From positions 72,480,001-72,544,000 of the forward strand of contig NC_086097.1 in the NCBI RefSeq assembly GCF_963921235.1: 64,000 nucleotides of DNA, read 5' to 3'. Positions 37,901 to 50,602 of this stretch are shown here, in pieces. The first letter of the stretch is position 1. Every line of letters begins with the position of its first letter. This DNA comes from Mobula hypostoma. Lineage: Eukaryota. The notes beneath the pieces are model-generated. The model made no database searches. It was given only the letters and a program-made list of their open reading frames with translations, and was not told the DNA's origin. Both the position numbers and the translations under genes were made by a program.

Positions 37901-39273
37901 TAATACAACTCTTCATCTGAATCAATTGTAAAAGGCTGTGCTTTTCAATTGAAACACAAACACATAATTTTAACTGGATGCATGTTCTGTACTTTGCTGA
38001 GACATCTGGATCTACAGCCACTTCTCAAGATTTGCTTGATGAGCGACCTGAAACTTTTAACTTCCATTTCTGAAGGTAGCAGTTTTACTGAAAACACAGC
38101 TGCAATTATTCTGAACACTTTAAATCAGAATTACAACCATTCCAGCAAGAGCTCTGTGACACTTTTTTTTTAACCATGGTTAAATTTAGAGTTGTTGAAT
38201 GGACTCAGTGCTATTGATATCTCACTGGAGTAACTCTCAAAATACACTGTTTGCTTTGAGAGGCAATTGCACAGCAGAATTCTTCCTGATGGAAAACCAG
38301 TCTTGCTCCACTGGATTTATTTAGATGGGCCTCTGTCTTCTTCAAGTTTGTGTGAAGTCTTTAACTTTACAACCAGTTCCTTTAGAAAATTTGTTTGCAT
38401 TTTCATCCACAATCTCAGTAATTAACAGTCTCAACAGTTCCTCATTACGAAACATGTTCTGATGATGTACTTAATGGTCTGAATCTTACTGATTTTTCAA
38501 ATAGTTCCAGTGCTCATATGAGCTCATTCCTGAATTCTGTTTGCATACACTCCAATACCAAAGTTAGAAGAAATAAGCCAGAAGTTGCATCTGATTTTCC
38601 TGTCCATCACTAAACTTGGCATGAGTCTAGGAGAAGGGTCAAATGCACAAGGGTTGTCTGGTGTATGTAGTGCACTGTTGATTGTATTTTTCTAATTGTT
38701 TTAAAATTAAACATGATTTAAGTGTTATTTTAATTTCTGTAGCTTGTATTTTATTTTATTACAATAGGTTTCTACATACTTCTGATCAGAAACATTTAAA
38801 GATTATTAAAAGGCCCTGACTAATTGAGAGTTGTTGAAGGGTCATAGGCTTTGACGAGGGAAAGATATCATCAAGATCTGCTGTCTGAGGCCTAGTATCT
38901 GCTCAGAGTCCAACCAGTTCATAAGGTGGCCCAGGGAGCCAGTCTATTATAATCACAAAATAATCTGCAGTTGCTGTTGTCAAAGGAACACTCACAATGC
39001 GCTGGAGGAACTCAGCAGTCAGTCAGCATCAGTTGAAAAGATTAGTCGACGTTTCGGGCCAAAACCCTTTGTGAGGACTGAAGGAAGAACTTTGGGGAGG
39101 GTTTGAAGAATGCTGGTAGTTGAAAAAAACAGTAATTTTACAGACAAAGGGGTGGTGGAGGGGAAGCAGGGAGGTGATAGGCAGGAGAACAATGCGAATT
39201 TGTAGAAGGAGGTGGAACTATGAGGGAGGTGATGTGAAATTGGGATGGAGGAAGGGGGGGAGGAGGGAGGGAA

Positions 39274-39600
39274 TTACCGGAAGTTGGAGAATTTTATGTT
39301 CATACCAAGGGGCTGGAGACTACCTAGACGGTATATGAGGTGTTGCTCCTCCAACCTGAGTTTAGCCTCATCATGGCAGAGGAGGACGCCATGTATGGAC
39401 ATATCTGAATGGGAATGGGAAGCAGAGTTGAAGTGGGTGGCTACTGGGAGATCCTGTCTGTTTTGGCGGACGAAGTGGAGGTGCTCGACAAAGCGGTCCC
39501 CCAATCTGCGTCGGGTTTTGCCGATGTAGAGGAGGCCGCACCAGGAGCACTGGATACAATAGTTGACCCCAACAGATATGCAAGTGAAGTGTTGCCTCAC
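39274..39600 (-). pseudogene. GIY-YIG endonuclease domain of a Penelope-like element (5'-truncated, RT absent)
   Basis: FTCISVGVNYCIQCSWCGLLYIGKTRRRLGDRFVEHL..PVATHFN..LEEQHLIYRLGSLQPLGMN; domain is open across its length. Confidence 0.9.
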
Positions 39601-39785
39601 CTGGAAGGACTGTTTGGGGCCCTGAATGGTGGCAAGAGAGGAGGTGTAGGGACAGGTGTAGCACTTACACTTACAGGGATAAGTGCCGGGTGGGAGATCA
39701 GTGGGGATCTATCGTGGGAGTCTTTAAAATTGCTGTTTTTTTCAACTACCAGCATTCTTCAAACCCTTCCCAAAGTTCTTCCTTC

Positions 39786-39821
39786 AGTCCTGAAGAAGGG
39801 TTTCAGCCCGAAACGTTGACT
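39786..39821 (+). ncRNA. Minimal hammerhead ribozyme motif with GUU triplet
   Basis: AGTC-CTGAAGA-AGGGTTTCAGCCC-GAAA-CG-TT-GACT; the mirror copy at 39044-39079 (-) has a mutated core (CTCACAA). Confidence 0.6.
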
Positions 39822-40004
39822 AATCTTTTCAACTGATGTTGACTGACCTGCTGAGTTCCTCCAGCGCATTGTGAGTGAGCCAGTCTATTAGATGTCTTGC
39901 ACCCACGGTTTTCAGCAAATCCGAGTGCAACACAAGAAATAACATTAATAACGGATAGATTGAGCAGGGTATTGGCCATTGTCCTTTATCCCCGGTACTA
40001 TGTA

Positions 40005-40670
40005 AATTCAGATTCCAATACTACTTCAGAATCAGAGCTACTTTTACCATTACTCATGTATGACATGAAATTTGTGCTTTATAACCACAGTACAGTGCAA
40101 AGGCATAAAAATCTATAAATTACATAATTAAATAATAGTGCAAGAAGTGGAATAATAACATAATGTCCATGGGTTCATGGACCTTTTAGTAATCTGATAG
40201 CAGAGGGAAAGAAGCTAACTGCCTCCTGAGTGAGGCTCCGGTACCTCCTCCCTGAAGGTAATAACAACTTGAGGGCATGTCCCAGATGGTGAGGGCCGTA
40301 AATGATAGATGTTGCATTCTGAGGTACCACCACTTGAAGATATCCTCAGTGTGAGGGGGGTTGTATCCGTGATGGAACTGGGTGAGTCTACAACCTTATG
40401 CAGCCTCTTGCAATCCTGTGCATTGGAGTCTCCATACCAGCCTGTGATACAACCAGTCAGAATGCTCTCTGCCACAAATCTATTGAAATTTACAAGAATC
40501 TTTGATGACATACCAAATCTTTTCAACTCTTGATGAGGTAGAGTAGCTGGCCTGTCCTCTTCATGATTGCATCAATGTGCTGGGCCCAAGATTGATCCTG
40601 TGAGCTGGAACTTGCAGCTTACCTTTTCTACCACTGACCTGTCATTGAGGATTGATGTGTGTATTTCTGG
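40005..40670 (-). mobile_element. Rex1/Babar-type LINE 3' fragment
   Basis: KRFGMSSKILVNFNRFVAESILTGCITGWYG (ORF 40215-40526); (TTCTGA)n tail. Confidence 0.88.
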
Positions 40671-41794
40671 TGTAAAATGTTTCAATTTACACAGCTGTTG
40701 ATTTTGATATGCACAAAAGCCGAGGCATTCACTAAGAATTGTTATTGTTTGAAATTTTGACTAAATAATGGATGTGGTAGTGTTAAATGGATAGTTTGTA
40801 CGTATCTGCCTTCTCCCAAATTTTGCTTCAAGAATTCCGAAACTAATGATTCACAGTCAATCCTGAATTGAAATAATGAACAACCTCACCATTCAAAAAG
40901 TAACACGAGACATGTCTTCACCATCTCAAAATAAAACAACGGTTTATTATGAGGCAACTGGCACAAAGCTTTCATGAAACCTGAAGAAAATTATCTTCAT
41001 CATTCACTCTTAAATTAAAAACTACATTAATCTGTGGTTTTCTTGTGATGTTGTTTTCTTTTTTTAAGAATATAGACTCTTATAAAAGTCATGAATCTTC
41101 TTCTGAGCAAGAATTCTCCTTGTCAAAGAAGACATGAAGAGCATCCTGCTCCCTAGCCAGCCCCAATCCTGGTTTTGTTGCTGAGTAGGAAGCCCTTATT
41201 GAGGATGTCAGATGAATGAATCCCATGGAAATCAGATGCAAGTCAATCTTTTCAGCTCATTGTTTCTGTAACAATAATAAAACGTCACTAATATCTCTGT
41301 TGGCTGTTCAGTTTCTTTGTTCTATGAATATAAAAGAAAGATTCACACATGGTTGATTATGTGTATGCCTCACAGACAGTGTCATATTCCCCACCTTTCA
41401 ATCTTCTCTGCCCTCTTTACATCAACTAGTAACCTCTGACAAAGGAGGGTAAAAGAAAACCTGAAACCACTTTAGGAAATAAAATTATGGCAAATTTTAG
41501 TCCGTTCCCTGAAGGTAGTCAGTCAAGTTCTGGAGGACCATGATAATTGGAAATTGCAGTCATTAATTCTTTACATAGTTATCCTGGTCACTTTCTGGAA
41601 ATGCATTAATCTACCTTCAATCTTGATATTATTGGATATGAGAAAATAATTTTGGAAATTTCAGACCCTACCATACTCATATGGTGTTATATATTTCAGG
41701 AGCATTTGGAAACTCTGCAGATTCACTGAGTAATTTTGAAGTCCAGTGATCACTGTCACGTCAGTAAATCCAACAAATGGCATGTAAAGTTTTG

Positions 41795-42300
41795 GTTCAA
41801 GATTCAAGATTGTTGAATATCATTTCCTGTACACAAGTGCAGGGAACACAAAATGAAACACAAAAGAGAAAGAACACAATAATACTAAAAAAAAACACAA
41901 TAAATATAAATAAATAAAATAGCTTATATACATAGATTGATGGTATGCCCATAAAATGTCACATAAGGTGACTGACAGGAAATAATAAAGTAGTGGTGGA
42001 GCTAGTGGGTGCAGGTGTTTATCATCCTTACTGCTTGGGGAAAGTAACTGTTTTTGAGTCTGGTGGTCCTGGCGTGGATGCTATGTAGCCTCCTCCCTGT
42101 GGGAGTGGGACAAACAGTGTCTGGGATCCTTTATGATGTTACTGGCCCTTTTCCAGCAACTTTCTGTATATATGCCCTTGATGGTGGGTAGGCTGGTGCC
42201 AGAGGTGCTTTCGATAATTTTGACTAACCCATTTTAGAGCCTTCCTGTTTGCCGCAATACAGTTTCCGTACCAAGCAATAATGCAGCTTGTTAGGATCTG
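41795..42300 (-). mobile_element. Rex1/Babar-type LINE 3' fragment
   Basis: Tail TTCAAGATTCAAGATT; body similar to the neighbouring Rex fragments. Confidence 0.75.
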
Positions 42301-42339
42301 ATGCAAATATTGAATTCATTGAAACCATGTATCAAAAGG

Positions 42340-43245
42340 TAATCAGAATCAGGTTAAGTATCACTGACATATGTGAAATTTGTTGTTTTGCAGCAGCAGT
42401 ACTTTGCAATACATAATATAAATTACAATAGGAAATATATCTTTTAAAAATTAAACAAGTAGTGCAAAAATAGAGCAAAATAGAATATTGAGATTTTGTA
42501 CACGAGTTAATTGTCCATTCAGAAATCTGATGTTGGAAGGAAAGAAGCTGTTGGTAATGCATTGAGTATGTGTCTTCAGGCTCCTGAACCACGTCCTTGA
42601 TGGTAGCAATGAGAAGTGAGCATCTGTTGGGTAATGTGGGTCCTTAATAATGGGTATGCCTTTGTGAGGCATCCCCTTTTGCTGGGGAGGCTAGTTCCTG
42701 TGATGGAGCTGGCTGAGTTTACAGCTTCCGACAGCTTTTTCTGATCCTGTGCGGTTGCTCTTCCATACCAGATGGTAATGCAACCAGTTAGAATGCTCTC
42801 CATGGTACACCTGTAGAAATTTCTGAGAGTCTTTGGTGTCATACCGTGTCTCCTCAAACTCCTGAGGAGATATAGTTGCTGTTGTGTTTTCTTTGTAATT
42901 GTATCAATCATGTTGGGCCCAGTATTGATCTTCAGTGATGTTGACACCCAGGGACCTGAAACTGCTCACCCTTTCCAATGCTGATCCCTCAATGAGGACT
43001 GCTGTGTTTGCCCTCGACTTTCTCTTCTGGAAGTCCACAATCAATTCTTGGCCTTATTGATGTTGAGTGCATGGTTGTTTTTCAATACCACTCTACCAGC
43101 TGATCTATCTCATTCCTGTGAGTCTCCTTGTCACCATTTGAAATTCTGCTAACAATAGTTGTATCATCGGCAAATTTATAGATGGCATTTGAGATGTACC
43201 TAGACACACAGTCATGGGTGTAGAGAGGGTAGAGCAGTGAGCTTA
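42340..43245 (-). mobile_element. Rex1/Babar-type LINE 3' fragment including KFADD motif
   Basis: ITKKTQQQLYLLRSLRRHGMTPKTLRNFYRCTMESILTGCITIWYG (ORF 42576-42947); IYKFADDTTIV at ~43155-43185 (-). Confidence 0.9.
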
Positions 43246-43949
43246 CTTGAGGATAAAACTAGTTTGGCATGTTTCCTTGGAAATTCCTTTCTATCAGAGT
43301 CACTTTGCCTACAATAGCACATTACATCAGATGAACAATCTTTGAGATGCAGTAAATACTGTGGCTGTCTCATTATTGTACTCACTCACAAGTGCAATTA
43401 TTTAACTGGCAACTGGTGTGACTTGGAGTCTGTGCCATTTAAGGATCCTGGAAATGCAGAGCAGAGTGTGAGCTGACTAATGAGTATGTGATAATATCAA
43501 TGGGTCCAAACATTGTTTTTATTGAACATCTGCTGATAAAGTTGAAGCTGTTGATACTCTCTTTGCACTTATAGGTTTTTTAAAAAACAGCAGCCGCAAA
43601 CTGAATAATTTATACTGATCATTGAGTTCCCTTCACAAGTCCTGCAGAGTAAGAATTCCTTCCCAAGTATTTTAAATATGCAAACTTTAAACGCTATACT
43701 ATTGCAGTTCTGTAAGATCAAGTGAAATTCCTTTCCTTATCACTGCTTTAAGGTGTGCTGATTGTGCTGGGATTTTCCAATGCTATTTTCAAGTAATTAG
43801 CGGTTCTTTGCATGTAGCTAATTTTTATTATGAAGGATATAGGAAGGGAAAAGCGTGTCTGTAATGCATGAACTTTCTACTGCCATTTTGACTGAAATTT
43901 GTTGACGCCCTGCTTATAAAATGAGTTGTAAATATATTGATCACATGCT

Positions 43950-44265
43950 GATTTTTATTTATTATTTATTTATTTAGCGATACAACATGGAGTAGGCCCT
44001 TCTGGTGCTTCGAGCCACACCGCTGCAGCAACTCGTGACAACACTGATTAACTCTAACTATAAACTCGAATTTACAATAACCAATTAACCTACCCAGCAC
44101 ATCATTGGAGTGCGGGAGCAAACCAGAGCACCCAGGAAAAACTCACACATTCTGTGAGGAGAATTATAGAGATTACTCACAGAGAGCAGCAGAATTGAAC
44201 TCTGAATACCGATGCCCCAAACTGTAAACAGCATCGCAGTAACCTCTATGCTACCATGGCACCCA
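43950..44265 (-). mobile_element. V-SINE with (TAAA)n tail
   Basis: Minus strand: GGGTGCCATGGTAGCATAGAGG head, GAGTTCAATTC B box, V-domain, tail. Confidence 0.8.
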
Positions 44266-44311
44266 AACTTGGTAACTGAAGTTTGCTAACTTCAGGGGAG
44301 CTATAGTGCAT

Positions 44312-44598
44312 CTATTTATTTATTTATTTGTTTGTTTGTTTGTTTGTTTGTTGAGATACAGTGCAGAATAGGCTCTTCAAACCAGGCACGATATAGTCCT
44401 AGCCTAATCATGGGACAACTTATAATGACCAATTAACCTACCAGCCAGTACGTCTTTGGACTGTGGGAGGAAACTGGAGCACCCAGAGGAAACCACTCGT
44501 CACGGGGAGAACGCATAAACTCATTACAGGCTGTTGCAGGAATTGAACCTGGGTCACCTGTACTGTAAACTGCTGTGCTAACCACTATGTGACCGTGA
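44312..44598 (-). mobile_element. V-SINE with (TAAA)n(CAAA)n tail
   Basis: Minus strand: GGTTCAATTCC B box, GTTCTCCCCGTGACGAGTGGTTTCCTCTGGGTGCTCCAGTTTCCTCCCACAGTCCAAAGACGT. Confidence 0.88.
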
Positions 44599-46367
44599 CT
44601 ATGGGACTATGTTTAGTTCAGTGGTAATTTAAACTGTATTTATTGGGTGTTCATCAGACTGTCTCATTATCACTCTTGTGTGTATTGAGCCAAATATTGA
44701 GGCTGAAAGGACTGTCAATAAATATGAATTAAACATTTTTATAAAACTATTTTTGTATTTAAGCATTCATGAAAGTAAAAATCTGACAAGTTATTTAAAT
44801 GCCATATATTTTTTCAGAAACTTAGATTTCTCGTTCTGTTCAATGGCACTTTCTTTAAATGAGAATGTGATTTTATCTCCAGAAATTCAACCAAGTATAT
44901 GTACTATAAAAGGAACCTGCATTTAACATCTTAAAATATTTGGTTTAGTGATTTTTTTTGGTCAAAATCCAGAGAAGTTGCTGAAGGATTTTGTGTAATG
45001 ATTTGATGCAGTGACAGACAACTCTCTAGAGAAGTAGAATGGAATTTTATGGAGGGCTAAGCCACATACAGAAACTATAAAGAAAAACCGTGGTGTGTAA
45101 GAAGGAATGGAAAAAGAAATATTGAAATTGGATTATAGAATTATAATTACTTCCCTGATGTGTTACCAGTAAGAGAAAGGAAGGCACTTTCGTCTTAACT
45201 GCCTTTGGTGCATTGTGCTCATTGTAGCCTTTGTCTGTACGAGTATTTCTGATTTGCTCTTTTGTCTGCTATTTTAGATTGCTTTGCAATCTTTAACTTT
45301 CTCCAAATGTTTCTGTTTTTTTGACTGTTGTAAAATTTTGCTACCAATTTGCAGCTGTGGCCTTTGATGACTGCAAACCTCCTCTGAATGCATTTTCATA
45401 TATTATTTCTCCTGATGTGTGATATTGTAGATGCGGTTCTTTAGCTGATGCTTTAACATTGCAGCTGCTTATTGCAGTAATTGGTGTCCCATTGGTTACT
45501 GTAGCGTTCTGAGTAGGACATCTATTTAATATATCTTATAGAGTCATCGAGCAATGCACAATCGGTACATCCCCTTTAGCCTAAGTCCATGTCAACGGCA
45601 GAGCCTACCCAACTAGTCCAATTTCAGTTTAGATCTCTCCCCACTCACCCTAAATCTATGTCCCCTAGTTTTTTTTCAGTCTGCACTACCCTTTACTTTC
45701 TACCACATTATTTATCATCGTGTAAAAACAGATACATGATACTTTTTCAAGTCCTTGTATCTTATTGTATCTGTGAACTTACCCATTATAGTATTAGCAA
45801 AGAATAAATATTGCATATGTGATACATAGTAGTCAGTACAAACCATGGCCTGATGTGGCCAGTTTTAACATTTTCTTGTACTGTTCTCCACCATATTCCC
45901 TCCTCCTCTAATTCCTTCCAAGTGTTTTCTTCTTCAAAAGGACCTCCATTTTTTTGATAACTGCATTTTCAAAACCACATCTGCCTACCCTTTTCAAAAA
46001 CACAACTTGTCTTAGTACTCACTATATTCCTCTCTCGTCAAAGTTGATCTGGAAAAATCAGCTATTTTTCCAGGATTGTCCTGGAAAGACTTTATAGCTC
46101 ATGCTGTTATTTTTCCCTATAGCTTACCTTTCCCAAAGCTATACTATGCATGAATAAATTAATGCACATTTAACGATGGCCAGTATTTTGCTGTGTATTA
46201 CAAGTAAATAATTTGTCAAATACAATTCATGAAAGCTGATTTGCGGATGTTTCAACCAGGAGCACCTGCAAATTTAGCGTGGCATGCGTGACTGAAACCT
46301 GTTGTGATATTCTTCTAAAGACCTAAGTAACATCATTCATTGACAAATTTGAAAAAAAAGTTCATTT

Positions 46368-47080
46368 TAGAATCAGAATATACACTTTCTTATGATGTGA
46401 AATTTGTTGCAGCAGCAGTATAGTGCAAAGATACAACATTATTATAAATTGCAAACTAAATAGTGTAGAAAGAGAATAATGAGGTATAGTTTATGGGTTC
46501 ATGAACCATTCAGAAATCTGATGAGGAAGGAGAAGAAACTGTTCCTGAATCATTAAGTGTGGGTCTTCAGGTCCCTGTACCCCCCTCCCTCATGGTAGTA
46601 ATGAAGAAAGGGCATGACGCAGATGATATGTGCCCTTAACGATGGCTTTCTTGAGACAGTGCCTCTTGGGATATTCTCAGTAGTGGGAAGAGTTGTGCCC
46701 GTGATGGAGCTGGCTGAATTTACGACCTTCTACAGCCGCTTGCAATCCAACACACTGGATCCTTCATGCCCGGCTGTGATGCAACCAGTCAGAATGCTGT
46801 CCTCTGTATAAATTTGCAAGAGTCTTGGGTGACATAACAAATCTACTCAACTCCTGATGAAATAAAGCCGGTGGCACTCTTTCTTTGTTATCGCATTAAT
46901 GTGTTGGCCCAGAACAGATCTTCAGAGATGTTGGCTCCTAGGAACTTACTCAGGAAAATGCTTCGCCTTCCTGAAGTCCAGAATCAATTCCTTAAGCTTG
47001 CTGATGTTGACTGTAAGTGCACTGGTGTAACACCACTCAATCATCATTGATCTCTCTCTTGTATACCTTCTTAATGTTAT
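46368..47080 (-). mobile_element. Rex1/Babar-type LINE 3' fragment
   Basis: Collinear with 40005-40670 (CAACCAGTCAGAATGCT.., AGAATCAGA tail). Confidence 0.82.
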
Positions 47081-47262
47081 CAATTTCATGAGCTTTTTTA
47101 ATTTACCTGGTTAGATTAGGCAATTTCAGTCATTTAATGATTTAATTTGCATTATATTTTCAAGACAAAGAAGATTGACAAACCCATAAAATTAATTTCT
47201 TTGAAGACACATCCATGTTTCTTTACCAATATCTCAAGAGAAAGCAAACAGGAGCTATATCC

Positions 47263-47420
47263 CAAACAAGGGAGAATCTGCAGATGCTGAAAATCCAAGC
47301 AACTCACACAAAATGCTGGAGGAACTCAGCAGGCCAGGTAGCATCTATGGAAAAGAGTACAGTTGCCGTTTCAGGCCGAGGCCCTTTTGCAGGACTGGAG
47401 AAAAAAAAGATGAGGAGTAG
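47263..47420 (-). mobile_element. Solo Penelope-like pLTR end with dead hammerhead core
   Basis: AATCTGCAGATGCTGAAAATCCAAGCAACTCACACAAAATGCTGGAGGAACTCAGCAGGCCAGG..; on the minus strand the core reads CTGCAAA..GAAACGGC. Confidence 0.85.
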
Positions 47421-47884
47421 TCAAGATTTTTCAAGGATGATCAGCACTCCCTAATTTGTTAACTTTATGCAATATTTGTCTTCATAGTTGCTGTTAAAGA
47501 TTTCCAAAATGCATTTTGTAGTTTCATGAAGAACTATGTAATAACCTTTGGAACCTGTTCCACAGTTTTTACCAAATTAAACTTCATTACCTGTTTTCCT
47601 CAGTTTATTTGGTGTCTCATTGTTTTAATTGGTCTATCAGCTCAAACAGTCCACTTGCATGTCATTTTACTATCTTTAAAAACTTGGACTAAATATCCTC
47701 CACTTCCACGTGTGATCAGCAAACCTAATTCTAAAACTCAGTATATCTTATTACAAGTAAGCCATATCCCTGCTTTGCATCTTCCCTTGATTTTCAATAC
47801 TTTTCTTGAGGTAGGGGTCAAAATAGTCCACAGTACTCTGAACCAGATCACACCAACATTCTCCTACTTTTACACAAAGAGAAA

Positions 47885-48482
47885 ATAGAATCTAACATCA
47901 CTGTTAGGCGCTTTCTGATTAAGGCATCAAGCAAGGTTGTAGTCGACGAGTGTGAGAGCGGAGGGCAGGCAGGTGGTTGGCACTGCCTACCTGCTTTTGA
48001 CTGGTGTTCCTTTCCTTACTCGTGGTGTTGGAGGAAAGGCAGGAGTCTTAGGATCCACGCTGTAAAGATTGATCGGTGAAACTGTGGACTCGTTTTGGGG
48101 GATTCTGAGGTTCATGTCACATATATTCCTGGATTCAGGTCACTTTTTGTTTTACTGTTTTTGAGTGGTTTGATTGATGTGGATTGGGGTGCTTTGCTGA
48201 AGAATGTCTCTGCAACCTGCAGTAGGCTAGTGGCACGGTGCTGAACTGAACCAAGCTCAATACTACTGGACTCCAGGTTTGATATTTGATATTCTATGTG
48301 TTGTTCACTTGCTTTTTGCCGTTTGTGCACTTTGTTCTTTTCATGCATTGGGTGTTTGATGTTTTCTTGAACGGGTTCTGTGATGTTTCTTTGTTTCATG
48401 GCTGCCCGTGGGAGGATGAACCTCAGTGTTTTGTTCTGTCTACATACTTTGATAATAAATGTACTTTGAACCTTTGAATCTT
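47885..48482 (+). mobile_element. Non-coding retroposon with Rex/Babar-like 3' tail
   Basis: Ends ACATACTTTGATAATAAATGTACTTTGAACCTTTGAATC, as in the 27700-27745 tail; 5' boundary uncertain. Confidence 0.6.
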
Positions 48483-48584
48483 TGTCTGCATCGTCTTCAG
48501 CTCATTTGTACTGTGCCTGAATCTTTAAAGTATAGCCATTGATTTGATCACATGCCTTTCCAGTTTTATCACCTTATATCTGCT

Positions 48585-48922
48585 GAGGGATCTTTACATG
48601 CAAGTCCATGGGTCCTGATGTGCAAAGCAAGTAGACAGAGTGGTTAGGACGGCATGTTGCATACTTGCTTCCATCAGCTGGAGTAGTGAGTATTAGAAGT
48701 TGGCAAGTCACAGTGTAGTTGTGTAACACTTTTATTAAGCCGCACTTGGAATATTGTATTTCCAAATTTTTGGAGACTTTCTCCTGTTTGTGCTTGGAAT
48801 ATTGTATGCAGTTCTCGTCCCCTCAAATTAGATAGGATGTGGAGGTTTTGGAAAAGCTGCAGAAGAGGTTCACCAGGAAGTGTCCTAGATTGGAGTGTAT
48901 TGGCTGTAAGAAGAGATGGGAC
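48585..48922 (+). mobile_element. CR1 3' region, left part (resumes ~54822-55190)
   Basis: KPHLEYC..LEKLQKRFTR..CKKRW on the left; NKFGLFSMELQKL.. and CR1 3' UTR on the right. Confidence 0.8.
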
Positions 48923-49216
48923 TAAAAACAAACAGCTGGAGAAACTCAGCAACTTGGAGCAGCATCTGTGGGAATAAGAAATTTTCAAAATTTCAGGTTG
49001 AAGTGTTGCATCAGATTGAGAGTGGGTAAGAAAGATAGCTGGTATAAAGAGGAGGGGCGGGGCTGAGATAAGGGCTGGTCGGTGATAGACGGAACAAGGA
49101 AGGCATGGAATCATGAATAGAGTGAGCCAAGTGTGGATGGCTAGAAGTGGGAGATATAAACAGGTGGTTGATGGGGTGAGGCATACAAAGGAAAAAGAGA
49201 CAAATGGAACCAGGTG
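48923..49216 (-). mobile_element. Old Penelope-like pLTR, left part (resumes ~54577-54820)
   Basis: CAGCTGGAGAAACTCAGCAACTTGGAGCAGCATCTGTGGGA resembles the other pLTR ends; purine-rich body continues after the Nimb element. Confidence 0.65.
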
Positions 49217-49736
49217 GGCTGGGGGTTAGAAGTTGGTTGGCTGGGCGTGGCTCTGCAGGAACTGCTGGACCTTGATGCGTGAATGTGGTTTGGAACTTGT
49301 TGAGGGAAAGAGAGTGGGGAAGGAACGGGAATTGCTGGGAGGGGGTCATGTGGGTCCGGTAATGACAGACAAGGTGAGGGGGGGGTTGAGGGAAAGAAAG
49401 TGGAGAAGGAGCGGGATAGGGATTTGGGATCAGAGGTAGGCAGCTGGGGAGAGATGGATTATTATGAAAGGAGAAATAAAGGGAATTAGGAGATAGTGAG
49501 GGGATGGATGAATGAAAACCGAGACAAAGGGAATAAAAGAATAAGAAATGACAGTGGAGAGAGCTCTGAAAGTGAGGAAGATGAACAAGTTCGGTGAGAA
49601 GCTGTTGTCATAAGTAGGTTTAATGAGGAGGCTCAGGGACATATGAAGAAAATTAACCCATTTGTGCTAACAACAACTCTGGCAAAATAAGATATGGGAA
49701 ATAGTATTTGCAAAAGTCCTTAATGATGGCAACTTA

Positions 49737-50585
49737 TTGATAAGATGTGCAAATGAGGAACAACTTGAGAAAGCACTCAAGCTAAAAGAGACAGGAAAAT
49801 GCAAGATGGAATACACTGGGAGGGTGGGAGCACAAAATAGTGGTTGTAAAGGAGTGATCACAGGAGTACCAATGAGTATAAATATGGAGGAGTTAAAGAG
49901 GAATATCAAAGGAGGGAAAGTAATGAATGTTCAAAGACTGAAAACAACAAAGAAGGGAGTGAAAAAGGAAAGTGAAACAGTATCGATTGGATTTGAAGAA
50001 GAAAGAGTGCCAAGGAAGGTGTTCCTGGGTTTCATCAGTTACCCAGTAAGGGTGTATGTGCCAAAGCCATTGAGGTGCTATAATTGTCAAAGGTTTGGAC
50101 ACATAGCTAAAAACTGTAAAGGGCAGAGGAGATGTGCTAGATGTGGGGGTGATCATGAATATGGAAAGTGCGGAACAGGACTGCAACCAAAATGCTGCAA
50201 TTGTGGAGGAGCTCATAATGTGACATATAGTGGGTGTGAGGTTATGAGACGGGAGAATAAAATACAAGAAATAAGAGTGAAAAGAAAGATCACTTATGCA
50301 GAAGCTGTAAGAATGTCAAGAGAACAGAATAATGCTCCTAATGAACAGGGAGCAATAGGGAAACGAGAGATGCAACAAAGAACAAATGACAAGATTTATG
50401 AACACAAAAAAGCTCTAGTAACATTCATTGCAGGAGTGATTAATAGTACGGCTGAGGTAAAATCAAAAAGTGACAAAATTCAGCTGGTGGTAAAAGCAGC
50501 AGTAAACCATTTAGGGTTAGTAGGACTGACATGGGAGGAAGTGAGGGTGAACCTCACTAATCAGTCAAGCCAGGAAGTGTCATGA
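49737..50585 (+). pseudogene. ORF1 gag-like nucleic-acid-binding protein, open C-terminal 282 aa (N-terminus disrupted)
   Basis: Three zinc knuckles: CYNCQRFGHIAKNC, CARCGGDHEYGKC, CCNCGGAHNVTYSGC; ITYAEAVR motif. Confidence 0.92.
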
Positions 50586-50602
50586 GTTGGTTAATACTAA
50601 TT

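Larger units (their letters stand above)
38950..39876 (-). mobile_element. Penelope-like element: GIY-YIG endonuclease, 3' pLTR and inverted partial pLTR; 14-bp TSD
   Basis: GAGCCAGTCTATTA at 38936-38949 and 39877-39890; inverted arms ~38990-39139 and ~39725-39877. Confidence 0.93.

Noticed and set aside
37588..38640. Cluster of short ORFs in a repeat-poor block
   Set aside because: No homology or motif recognised and no consistent frame or splice structure; a BLASTx would be needed to exclude a very old coding relic.
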